The notes under the pieces: generated by a model | What the model saw: only the letters and a program-made list of their open reading frames with translations | The model's database searches: none | Told to the model about the DNA's origin: nothing | Assembly: GCA_963662545.2 (NCBI GenBank) | Contig: CAXXLL010000002.1 | Coordinates: forward strand, 544,001 to 608,000 | From: Gammaproteobacteria bacterium | GTDB taxonomy: Bacteria; Pseudomonadota; Gammaproteobacteria; Ga0077536 | Direction: 5' to 3' | Length of the DNA stretch: 64,000 bases | Made by a program: the position numbers and the translations under genes | Shown: piece by piece, positions 33,190-42,971 of the stretch | How the letters are laid out: each line of letters opens with the position of its first letter | How positions within the stretch are numbered: position 1 is the first letter of the stretch

Positions 33190-34491
33190 CTACTGCGATC
33201 CCTCTCTGAAGCGGGTAAAAGACTCAGAGTCTGGTAACCGACCTGTATTGGCATATTCCGGGAACTCGTATTCGTAACCTAATACGATCCCCTGTGCCCC
33301 CAGCCCCGCCGTCGCCCGCATTTTCGCCATTTCCTGCATCAGGTTGGCGAAATTGTCATGAGCAACCTTGCCCCGCACATCCCCAGACAACCTCGACAAA
33401 AGCAAGTCAAAGCGGCTGAATTCCTGCTCGAGCTTGCTGGCGCCACCAACCGCGTCGGACCCAATCATGAACCGGTCCGGGTAACGCTCAATCAACTGCA
33501 CCCAACGATCCAGCTCCTTGTATACGTAATCCTCCAAGACAACCCACGACAGATCGATGTAAACCTGATCTACTGAATCCTTTAGCACTTCTTCGATCCA
33601 GAATGGGAGATTCTCAATGGTGACTCTTCTGCTGATGCCTGCATGGCACCAGATGAATCGGGTCGTGTAGCTAACCTCATCCTCCTGCCATCGACAATGA
33701 CGAAACAGTTCGACCAACTCGTCAAGATAGAGTGGCGGCTTGGTTTCACTGGGATTTCTGGAAATTGGCGCAATGTTGTGATGAATGCTTAGCGGAAGAA
33801 AATGTCTCCCCGCGAATCGGCAGACACGCACCAGCGCCGGGTGATCCGCACGGGGTCTCTCGCCAGTGGTGAGATTGGTAAGATCGTCGTGCCGCGACAT
33901 TATCTCGCCTATCCCTTGCCAAATGCCGGGGAACTCCTTAATCCGTTTCACAATGAGATCGACTGCCCCAAGATCGGTGCCGTCAAAACCCGACATGAAC
34001 GGATGTATCTTGCGCAGTTCGTCAAGCCGATCCGGATCGTCAGCGTATTTTCTCCGATAATCGAGAATGGCCGAAGCGACGGTGATGTCGGTATCACGTG
34101 CGCGCTTCACTCTTGCGCTACTGTCCAGGTAATACCTTGGCCTCAAGAACGGCTCGTTCTCAGACCACTTCTTGATAAACGGCATACCCGACACCATGAT
34201 GTGCTCGACTCTCGCTGCCTTCATCCCCTTAAGCAGGGCCTCGATTCTGCGACCTCTCTCTCCAAAGGGAAGCGTGGAATACCGACCGCCGACGGTTTGG
34301 CCCCACTCCGAACCCGGAAATTTGCCGTCGGTATTCAGAAACTCTCCGTTCTGCAGAAAATCCAGGAGGTGGAAGTGGCTATCCGATCTGTACTCGACCA
34401 GATCGCTTGGAAGGGTTGTCTCAGTCTCTTGAGCCAACGGACCTTGTGTAATAAGTATCAGGACCAATAGTAGTAAGGATGCTTTTTTCAT
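33190..34491 (-). CDS. secreted amidohydrolase-superfamily (TIM-barrel metal-dependent) protein
   Basis: Signal peptide; DSHFH, IGE, HHN, WCHAG, GSD metal-ligand motifs. Confidence 0.8.
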   Translation of the reverse strand: MKKASLLLLVLILITQGPLAQETETTLPSDLVEYRSDSHFHLLDFLQNGEFLNTDGKFPGSEWGQTVGGRYSTLPFGERGRRIEALLKGMKAARVEHIMVSGMPFIKKWSENEPFLRPRYYLDSSARVKRARDTDITVASAILDYRRKYADDPDRLDELRKIHPFMSGFDGTDLGAVDLIVKRIKEFPGIWQGIGEIMSRHDDLTNLTTGERPRADHPALVRVCRFAGRHFLPLSIHHNIAPISRNPSETKPPLYLDELVELFRHCRWQEDEVSYTTRFIWCHAGISRRVTIENLPFWIEEVLKDSVDQVYIDLSWVVLEDYVYKELDRWVQLIERYPDRFMIGSDAVGGASKLEQEFSRFDLLLSRLSGDVRGKVAHDNFANLMQEMAKMRATAGLGAQGIVLGYEYEFPEYANTGRLPDSESFTRFREGSQ

Positions 34492-34578
34492 CTTTCTAGT
34501 TAAGACTGGCCGTCGTCAGAAGAATTTGGACAGATGTGAGCCTGATTTTAAGGCGGGTCTGGTGCATCTGGTTGATGA

Positions 34579-34709
34579 TCTTAGGCGGCCTGCGATGTTT
34601 TCCGCTAGCATTCTTCTCGCTTCAGATTATTCAGGTGGCGCAGCCTAATGTCGGACCTCTTAGGCGGCGCTCCTGCGATGTTTTCCGCATTCTTCTCGCT
34701 TCAGATTAT
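34579..34709. repeat. two 52-bp imperfect direct repeats separated by 27 bp
   Basis: TCTTAGGCGGC..CTGCGATGTTTTCCGC..ATTCTTCTCGCTTCAGATTAT at 34579-34630 and 34658-34709. Confidence 0.9.
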
Positions 34710-35080
34710 GTGTTTCGGTTTATGAATGCCCACGTGCGCATCGAATTGTTGACTCCCCGATCAAGTGTTCGGAAATGTAAACTCTCGATCTCGCTTCGCC
34801 ATCTCGCGAAGAATGTCAATCAAAGCATCTTTAGCTGTTCTTGCCGTTCTCGCCGTATCGAATAAACGGTAAGAAATCTCCCTGCTACCTGGTTTCTTTG
34901 GTGAGGTCGCCGTTCCGTTATCAGAAGGTGGTAGTTCGATCGATGGCTTTGGCGAAGACGGTACCCTATCTGAGAGTGGAATAGGTTTCTCAATCAGCAT
35001 CCCAACTGTTGAGTTGCATCGAAAAGTGATCCGGGATTTGCATTGAAAATTGACCCACCCGGAAGAGCCAGTATGGCTCG

Positions 35081-35890
35081 TTACTTTGATAATTTTCTAG
35101 TCTTCTTTTCCTTTTTCTCGCGTATTGAACTGTTTTTGAATCGATAGCTATCATTGCCAGTCTCAGCGATATGGCAGTGATGCGTGAATCGGTCCAAAAG
35201 TGCGGTCGTCATTTTCGGGTCGACGAACACGCTCGACCATTCAGAAAAACTGAGATTCGTCGTGATGACGACGCTGGTACGTTCGTATAGCTTGCTCAGT
35301 AAATGGAAGAGCAATGCGCCGCCCGCTCGCGAGAATGGTAAATAACCGAGTTCATCGAGAATGACGAGATCGGCATGGACAAGACGATTAGCCATTTGTC
35401 CGGGTTTGCCGTCTGCCTTTTCTTGCTCGAGCAGGTTGACAAGTTCGATGGTAGAGAAGCAGCGAACGCGCAGATGAAGATGTCTGATCGCATGGACGCC
35501 AATCGCCGTTGCTAAATGGGTCTTGCCTGTCCCAGGTCCGCCGATGAACACGACGTGGTGTGCGTCGTCGATGAAATCACCGGCATGGAGAGACTTCACC
35601 AGCGTTTGGTCAACGGCGCTCTCGGCGCAGTTGAAACCAGCCAAGTCACGGTATGCCGGGAAGCGAGCCACTTTCATTTGATAGTTGATCGAGCGCACTT
35701 CACGCTCTGCAACTTCCGCTTTGAGCAGTGACTCTAGCAGCGGCTCGGCTTGGTGATAAGCGGGCGCTTGTTGTTGAGCGAGTTCACCGATAGCGTCAGC
35801 CATGCCGTGAAGTTTTAACGATTTTAAGGTCGTCACCATGGCCTCAGCTGGCATGCATGCGCTCCCGTAAGTGATCGTAGCGATCGACAT
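35081..35890 (-). CDS. istB: IS21 helper ATPase IstB
   Basis: [33 protein letters not shown]. Confidence 0.95.
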   Translation of the reverse strand: MSIATITYGSACMPAEAMVTTLKSLKLHGMADAIGELAQQQAPAYHQAEPLLESLLKAEVAEREVRSINYQMKVARFPAYRDLAGFNCAESAVDQTLVKSLHAGDFIDDAHHVVFIGGPGTGKTHLATAIGVHAIRHLHLRVRCFSTIELVNLLEQEKADGKPGQMANRLVHADLVILDELGYLPFSRAGGALLFHLLSKLYERTSVVITTNLSFSEWSSVFVDPKMTTALLDRFTHHCHIAETGNDSYRFKNSSIREKKEKKTRKLSK

Positions 35891-37378
35891 TGGCTTGCGG
35901 CTCTGCAGTCAAACTTAATCCAGCCGGCGTGTCGATAGGCGCCGGCGCGGTTGCTGCGAGCAACCGGTTTAGAATATTTATAACGTGCTGCTTCGATGGT
36001 GCGCCGGTTTCAAGCGCGAGTTCTACCGCACACAACACGGTCTGTTCGTCGTGGTGTAACACCAACGCCAGGATGTCGACCATCTCGCGGTCTCCTCCAG
36101 GACGTTTGAGCAGCATTGACTGGAGGCGTTTGAAGGCTGCTGGCAGTTCCGCAAATGGTGCACCGTTGCGCAATGCACCCGGTTTGCGTTGTAGCACCGC
36201 CAGATAATGACGCCAGTCGTATAACACTTGCGCCACACGGTCATGGCCTTGCGCAAACAATCGAGGATGTTCAACGACTGGATGGCCTGCGGCGGCAACG
36301 ACGAGGCGGTCCGCGTAAACCCGTAAGCTCACAGCATGGTTCGCGAAAGCCGCGGGCACGCTGTAACGATTACGTTCGAACGCGATCAAACACGTTGGCG
36401 AGACGCGTTTGGTGTGTTCGATGAATCCATCAAACGGTGGTGGCATCCGCATCAGCGCCGGTCGTTCATCCGCCCAGACCTCAGCGATGGTCTGTGTCGG
36501 CTGCTCCGGATGGCGGACTTCGTGCCATAGAGTCTGACAACGCGCACTCAACCAGGTGTTGAGTTCGTCCAGGTCGGCAAACTTCGGCGCGTCGTGCCAC
36601 AGTCGCGACCGTGAGTCTCTCACCCCTTTCTCGACCTGGCCCTTCTCCCAGCCGGCGGCGGGGTTACAAAATGTGGCCTCGAATAAGAAGTGACTGGCCA
36701 TTGCTTGGAAACGCGCGTTGACCGCTCGGGCTTTGCCTCGGCCGACACGATCCACCGCCGTCTTCATGTTGTCGTAAATGCCGCGCTGCGGCACACCGCC
36801 GAGCACCGCTAACCCGTGGTTGTGGGCGTCGAAGAGCATCTCGTGGGTCTGCAACGGGTAGGCCCTGAGGATGAACGCACGGCTATAAGACAGCTTGAAA
36901 TGCGCGACCATCAGCTTACGGCGCTCGCCACCGATCACTGCCCAATCGGCAATTTCCGACTCAATCAACTCCACTGGAACGCTTCTCCTGGTGCAAACAC
37001 CAGCGGGACAAACGCGGCGCGGCTCGCTTTTACTGCTTCTTGCTGCTGCGCCCGCCAAGCTCGTGCGAACGCGGCGACCCGGTCGTAGGAACCACGATAC
37101 CCCAGGTGAACCAAGTCCCTGTAGAGCTGGCGTAAATTGCGCCGTTGTTTGCGACTCCGCCCTGATTCCCGCGTTAACCAAGACGACAGTACGTCCGCGT
37201 AGTCATCTATTTTGCTAGGCGTTTTGCGCGTCGGATACACCGGCTCAACCTCACCGTTGGCCAGATACTTGCGGATTGTGTTTCTGGATAGCTTCGTCCG
37301 TCGTGCTATCTCTCGGATCGATAGGTCCTCGCGAAAGTGCCATCGCCTAATTACGCTTAATAAATCCACCGTTATCAC
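35844..37378 (-). pseudogene. istA: IS21 transposase IstA, frameshifted at ~36950-36975
   Basis: PGEAFQ breaks where FDWS is expected; downstream YDNMKTAV and WEKGQVE lie in another frame. Confidence 0.9.
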
Positions 37379-37978
37379 TCCTTTTGTCTCCTGCTCGATT
37401 CCGAGCAGGATAGGGTCTATGGGTGGATCAAAATTAGATGCAAATACCTACCTCAAGTGGATCACTTTTAAGTGCAAATCAACATGTTGAGTTCATCTAT
37501 TTTGCGATAGACCCAATTTTATTAATTACAAAATGCCTTTTATCCTCATTCCCTTTTCCCATCGTGCAAACAATGAAAATTTCTTCATCTTTCACTTCCT
37601 CACTCATCACCACATTAGGTGACAGGAATATCAAACAGGTTAAGAGCAGGACAGGAAGGATGAGAAATCGTTTCATACGGGAAGTTTAGGGCAGAGTGTC
37701 TGGGATGAGTAGATGGAAATGGGGTCGTAGAGGTTTAATGGGGGCAAGTTATGGAATGGTGGGAATATCTAATCGTATTTGTAGTTTGGGGAGTTTATGG
37801 AGGTCTTCTTTGGAAGGTAATGCCTCCCTTTTCCGCCAATGGGCACACTACCCACGAGGTAGTCAAAGTCATTCTTGGTTTCGTATCTATTTGTTTTCTT
37901 CTCCTCCTTCTAATCACCTACAAGTTATTTCTCACCTGAAGCACAGTGAGACAGAGTATGGTGAGAATGTGTTTCATA

Positions 37979-38542
37979 TCAGCACCCTTTATATTTTCTC
38001 TTCAAACACGCGGAGGAAAGTGCTTGAGCTTTTTCTAGCTCAGATGCCGTTAAGCTTTCGGCAATTTCGTCTCGTAAATCATCCCCGGCAAGATTGGCCC
38101 ACATGTACGCTTTAATGCGACCATGGGATGTTGTTGAATCTGTTTCGTTCCACCAGTCAGAAATTCTGTCTGTGAGGTTGAGTGTGTCTGTGACTTTCCC
38201 AGCTTGGTAGAGGCGCGCGATATTAAGCATCGCATCTTTATTCCCCCCTTCGGCAGACAGGAGATACCACTTAAGCGCTTCTTTATAATTTTGTAGAACG
38301 CCGTCGCCGTCGCGGTACGTAGTCCCCGTTTGATTGTTCGTCACGCTTACTAGGCTGTGCGCATATTCACCGTCTTTCCAAATACCTTCTTCCTTCACGC
38401 TTCCATCGGGCCAGGTATTGGTACCTTGTCCGTGCTCTTTGTCATCCTTCCATTCACCGACGTATTTATCCCCATCGGCCTTAACGGTGCCTTCGCAGTT
38501 GTCCCAAGTGTTGTTGTCGTAACTGCCCGGACAGCGAGGCAA
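37979..38542 (-). CDS. MORN-repeat plus Sel1-repeat protein, probably 5'-clipped by IS6
   Basis: GDKYVGEWKDDKEHGQGT (MORN); Y..G.GVLQNYKEALKWY..SAEGG (Sel1); KAYMWANLA tail. Confidence 0.75.
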   Translation of the reverse strand: MPRCPGSYDNNTWDNCEGTVKADGDKYVGEWKDDKEHGQGTNTWPDGSVKEEGIWKDGEYAHSLVSVTNNQTGTTYRDGDGVLQNYKEALKWYLLSAEGGNKDAMLNIARLYQAGKVTDTLNLTDRISDWWNETDSTTSHGRIKAYMWANLAGDDLRDEIAESLTASELEKAQALSSACLKRKYKGC

Positions 38543-38559
38543 TGCCCAGCTCTCAGCCG

Positions 38560-39332
38560 CGTACTGACAAGTTATTGTCCCTGGACCGCAGAATTTTGCT
38601 CTCCAGTTTTACGCCACTGCCGATGACCAATTATTAAACGCATCTTCCCTGAGATTTCGATAATGTGCGGCTTTGACTAAGTGACGACCCAGATTGAACA
38701 AGTTGTAAACGGTAGCGTGAACAGTCAAGAATCTTCCCGCGTGCCTTGGTGACTTGAATCTCCGCATCCCGCGCTCCCTCACGCTGGTTAGTTCGTGCGA
38801 TTGCTCTGCTCGATTATTAGCATATTGCGATGTATCGTGTATCGCTTCAGGAATAATCTCCCGATGCGCCACGCAATAACTCCGCAATTTGTCTGTCACG
38901 ATCCGCCTGGGTTCGCCGCCATGGCTTCTCAGTAAGCGCTTGAAGAAACGCTTTGCAGCCGCGCCATCTCTACGGCTTTGGAGAAACACGTCCACCACTT
39001 CACCATCCTGATCGACTGCCCGCCATAGATAATGCTGTTTGCCATTGATCTTCACGAAGACTTCATCGATGCAGAAGGTATCGCCGTAGCCATGATGCTT
39101 TCGCTTCAGTCGCCTGGCGAACCTGGGACCGAACTTGATACACCAGAGCCGAATGGTTTCGTAGGTGACTGTGATGCCTCGCTGAGCAAGCAAATCTTCG
39201 ATATCACGGTGGCTGAGGTTGAATCTGCAGTAAAGCCAGACTGCATAGCTGATGATCTCAGGTGGGAACCGGTAACGTTTGTAGATATTCATTCCGGAAT
39301 TATCCATTTTCGAGAGTTAAGTTGTCAGTACG
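38560..39332 (-). mobile_element. IS6-family element (transposase 38609-39307)
   Basis: IR CGTACTGACAA at both ends; YRFPPEII, IDEVFVKING, YLWRAVDQ, NNRAEQSH. Confidence 0.93.
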
Positions 39333-39455
39333 GGGATAGACCCAAGGTAAGCAGGCTTATCATCCTCCTATGCTGGGTTCCCCCGCACACGCGGGGATAG
39401 ACCCCTGCGCCGGCTCACGCGCGACCAGACGAATAAGGTTCCCCCGCACACGCGG
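39331..39455. CRISPR. orphan type I-E-like CRISPR remnant: 1 full and 2 partial repeats, 2 spacers
   Basis: 29-nt repeat GGTTCCCCCGCACACGCGGGGATAGACCC (39376-39404); 32-nt spacers 39344-39375 and 39405-39436. Confidence 0.88.
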
Positions 39456-39545
39456 CGTTGTTGCATGGATCGGGGCGGAGATGGAATTCGCCCTTTCCCA
39501 AGCGGTAGCGTCAGGCGATGCGTTCGAACACAGGCCGTCCGAGTG

Positions 39546-39691
39546 AGCGTTGTTGCATGGATCATCCCGAAGGATGCCTTATCATCGTGTTTTTCAACAC
39601 AGGGGATAACCTAGATGCCACATAAGTTCAACGCAGCGCGACGGCACAAGTTTGATCAGGCATCCTTCGGGATGATCCATGCAACAACGCT
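39546..39691. mobile_element. IS5-family (IS903-like) derived miniature element
   Basis: Perfect 34-bp IRs AGCGTTGTTGCATGGATCATCCCGAAGGATGCCT; contains transposase start MPHKFNAARRHKF; a third end copy at ~39455. Confidence 0.8.
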
Positions 39692-39899
39692 GAGTACCGA
39701 CACGTTTCGAATGCTCCAACCGGGCCAAGCGCTGCTGCGTATCTTCGCCGGTATCGCAGAGCCGCTATTGGATCGAACAGTCGCCAATACACCGAAGGGC
39801 CGCACGCTTGCCCAGCTTCGTCAAACGCTCTTCCCAAAACTCATCGGGGGCGAAATTAGCCTGTCGAACGCCGAAGAAGCCGTGGAGGCCGCGGCGTGA
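39692..39899 (+). pseudogene. hsdS: type I restriction specificity subunit HsdS, C-terminal stub
   Basis: RTLAQLRQTLFPKLIGGEI matches the HsdS terminal L..LRD.LLPKL.SGE motif. Confidence 0.7.
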
Positions 39900-40612
39900 G
39901 CGACAAATACCCAACCCTAGACGCCCTGGTCGCGCTCGGCTTTGAGCACCGGGAGCCCGAATTCGGCATGGAAGCCGTTGGCTATCGGTTTCGCTATCTC
40001 GACTTGAAGGCCTCCGCCTCAATAAGCATGTATTTTCGGCCCGACGTGCTTCTCAGCGGCGTTCTCAATACCGGGCGTACTCTGAGCCAAATAGAGCACC
40101 ACCTTCCGGCAGATCTCGGGACCCCTCAGGAAGCCGCGGCCTGGGTAAGCTACGTTCTCAAATCGGACCGGTCCGATCTAGAGCCCTTGCCAGCTTGGTT
40201 TCTGGAGGGAGAACGCCACTGGGACCTCGTGCCGGCCGTCCGAGAGGAACAGGCGAGTCAGGAAAGGTTAGAGGCCTACCTGGCGGCCTACCAAGCAAGC
40301 TCTAAGTGTTTCATCGACCGGGAGTATGCCCGCCCCCTTCGGCGTAAGCTGCAAGCTGCTCTGTCCGAGATTGCCGGGGAGGCCGAGATGACGTTCAACT
40401 TCGACGGGCGTGTTCTCAGCATCGGCTTGTGTGGCCTCGTGCACGAAGTCGTTGCATCGGGGGAAAGTTGGCCGTCCTCCTACCAAGTTACGGTATCCTC
40501 AGAAACGCGGCTGCCCCCACGGTTTACCTCCTCGACGGTTGAGGTGAACGTGTTCAAAGACAATTTGATTTTGGCGGAGCTTCGCTTGGGGCCGTGTGAG
40601 GTGGCCGCATGA
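39896..40612 (+). CDS. hypothetical protein between hsdS stub and a probable hsdR start
   Basis: 238-aa ORF with GTGA and ATGA overlaps at both ends. Confidence 0.7.
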   Translation: MSDKYPTLDALVALGFEHREPEFGMEAVGYRFRYLDLKASASISMYFRPDVLLSGVLNTGRTLSQIEHHLPADLGTPQEAAAWVSYVLKSDRSDLEPLPAWFLEGERHWDLVPAVREEQASQERLEAYLAAYQASSKCFIDREYARPLRRKLQAALSEIAGEAEMTFNFDGRVLSIGLCGLVHEVVASGESWPSSYQVTVSSETRLPPRFTSSTVEVNVFKDNLILAELRLGPCEVAA

Positions 40613-41188
40613 AATTGTCTGAAAGCGAGGTCGGGCACGCCGGGCGCGGAGTGCACTGACTACAGCGCGGTCGTGGTGGGGGCGGTCGCGAGACGCGTTG
40701 GTGCGGCTGAACCTGTAGGTTAAGCTCTCGACAACCCACGTGATCGCGGAAAGTCCCGCTTATTCGCCCAGCACCGGGAGCTACCCAGCGCTGCATTGAA
40801 CAGCTGTTGTATTCAGCGGGTGGCCCGACAGGGCGGACCACATGAGTTGTCACGGTGGGCGGTGTGCTATAGCGACGTTGAGATCGTCAAGCGTATATAG
40901 TTGTTGACGAATAAACGACAACGGCTATGGGTGCTTAGTGGTCACTTTGTCAACGGTGACGCAAAAGGTTGGCAGCCGCGAGTGTGTCAACCGGCTTTGA
41001 AGGCCGCTTCTTCATGCTGAGCAATATTGCCCTCGTTTTCCGCTGGGGGTGGGCCCAACGAGGCAACCGGACCGCAGGTGCGACGCTGTTTGTTACGGTC
41101 TTGGTGACTCTTTGCGCTTTAGCGGTTTGCGGTTGGAACCGCTCTTGTCGCGCCGTTTGTTTGCCTTGGCTCAGGCGCCTGAACGCGG

Positions 41189-41737
41189 TCAGTCGGACTC
41201 GACCTCGACGAGCTCGTAGACATCCGGGTGGTTCTGGGCCATGCGTCGTGCCTTGTCTATGTCGGCGAGCGGCTGGATGTCACCGGGGCCGTGCCACACG
41301 AGGCCGGTCCCATACAATCCATCAGCGTACCAGGACCGCCGACCAAGGTAGCGGATCGCCACCGCAGGCTGGGCCGGCTCGGCTGTCGGCACCGGCTCGA
41401 CGGGGACCGTCGCCGGCACACCGTTGACCGCACCACACACTGGACAGTGCCTGGACTTCGAGGCCACCACGCGATACATCCACGGGCCCTGGTAGCCGCG
41501 ACGCCGTTTCTCGATGTCTCCGGTTTGCTGTAACCATCGGCGCGCCTTGGTCAGCGCGGCACGGCTCACGCCGGTCTTCGAACGCGCCACCTCAATCGCG
41601 CGCGCCGACACCCAGCCGGCGGCGTCCAAGCAGCTGCCCGCCTCCACGTGCGCCAGCAGCCACGCACTCGCTCGTTCAAGCGGGGTGCGCGTACCCCCTC
41701 GACTTGACAAGGCCATCATCTCGCCATGTTTCATCAA
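41189..41737 (-). CDS. phage/ICE-like hypothetical protein (wHTH-like region, CPVC)
   Basis: 182-aa ORF; family not identified. Confidence 0.5.
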   Translation of the reverse strand: MMKHGEMMALSSRGGTRTPLERASAWLLAHVEAGSCLDAAGWVSARAIEVARSKTGVSRAALTKARRWLQQTGDIEKRRRGYQGPWMYRVVASKSRHCPVCGAVNGVPATVPVEPVPTAEPAQPAVAIRYLGRRSWYADGLYGTGLVWHGPGDIQPLADIDKARRMAQNHPDVYELVEVESD

Positions 41738-41775
41738 TGATCCTTCAATGGTGGTCGTTCAGGCATGGGTTCACG

Positions 41776-42971
41776 TGTTGGTGGCGAATTAAGCGTTATG
41801 CGGCCACAGGTAGCTGATAAAGCCCGCCGCAGTAGTTTTCCCACCGATATTCATCCAGACGGACGACTGGCGGTTCGGCTCTTGCCGATGCTACGTCCGG
41901 CGTGGCGCCATCCAACGCCCGGTGAACTCGCACGCGATTGTAGTATTCCCGAAAATTACGAAGCTTCTGCTGCAGATCATGGGCGTTCCAGAACGGCACG
42001 AAATCGAGGAATTCGCGCCGAACGGTGCCGATCAATCTCTCGACGAACGGATGAGATAAGGGTACGTATGGGACAGTCTTTATCTCCGTTACTTCGAGGA
42101 TCCGCAGGTTTGCCTTCCAGCGGTGGAACTCGAACAACGGATCGTTGTCACTGCTGAGATACCGGGGTAGGGCTCCTAATCCGGCAGTCGCCTCGTTGAA
42201 CATGCGGCAAGCCGCGGGTCCATCGACCACCCCGGCATGAACGGCGAAGCCGATAATCCGCCGAGTGAATTGGTCCATGACGACCATCACCCAGTGGGTA
42301 TTTATGATCAGCGATTCGCACCGAAATAAATCAACGCTCCAGAGGCTGTCCTTTGTGTGCCCGAGGAACGTCAGCCAACTCGGACCACCAGAACCCGGCC
42401 CCGGATGGTAGTGCTTGGCCAGTACACGACGCACCACGTCCTTATCGATCTGCACGCCGAAGACAAACGAAATCTGCTCGGCGATCCGCCGGCAGCCAAA
42501 GCGTGGATTACTCAGTTTCATCTCAACGATCGCGGCGATCAGCTGGGGAGAAGGTCCTTTCGGACCTGGCTTTCCACGGTGTTTAGGCGTAAACAGCAAT
42601 CGATATTTCCGCTTCACGAGGGCTCGGTGAAAGCTCATGATTGTGGAGGGTTTTAGCACGATACCAGAACGCACGACCCGGGCTGGGCGCATGAAGCAAG
42701 CACAGAGTCCAGCTATGACTCGGTCCATGGCGCGCAGGTTCGGCGCGCGCTCGCGCGAGCGATTGAGAATCAGCAATTGGTGTTTGACCAGGAGCGATTC
42801 GGCGACCACCGATCGGACGCCGCCCGGACCTAGTAATTTGGCGATCGTCACCATGAGATGGATGAGTAGGAAAATCCCTTCTCGCATCCCATTATCGTAT
42901 CCAGCTAGGCGACGCTGACAAGACTAGGAAATTGCACTCTTTCTGTTCAAAATTGGAATTCGCCACCCACA
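41776..42971 (-). mobile_element. rve (integrase-core) IS, IS481-like; transposase 41796-42887
   Basis: Termini TGT.GGTGGCGAATT; WSVDLF, SSDND, FVERLIGT.RRE, YYN..R.H. Confidence 0.88.

Larger units (their letters stand above)
35007..37484 (-). mobile_element. IS21-family element
   Basis: IRs TGTTGAGTTGCATCGAAAAGTGATCC / TGTTGATTTGCACTTAAAAGTGATCC; istA+istB. Confidence 0.93.

Noticed and set aside
34579-34709. 52-bp repeats as a CRISPR array or integron attC
   Set aside because: Only two copies, with internal indels; core-site orientation is opposite to attC; no cas or integrase nearby.
39615-39899. 94-aa ORF as a real fusion protein
   Set aside because: Accidental join of an IS5 transposase start, an inverted repeat and the hsdS tail.
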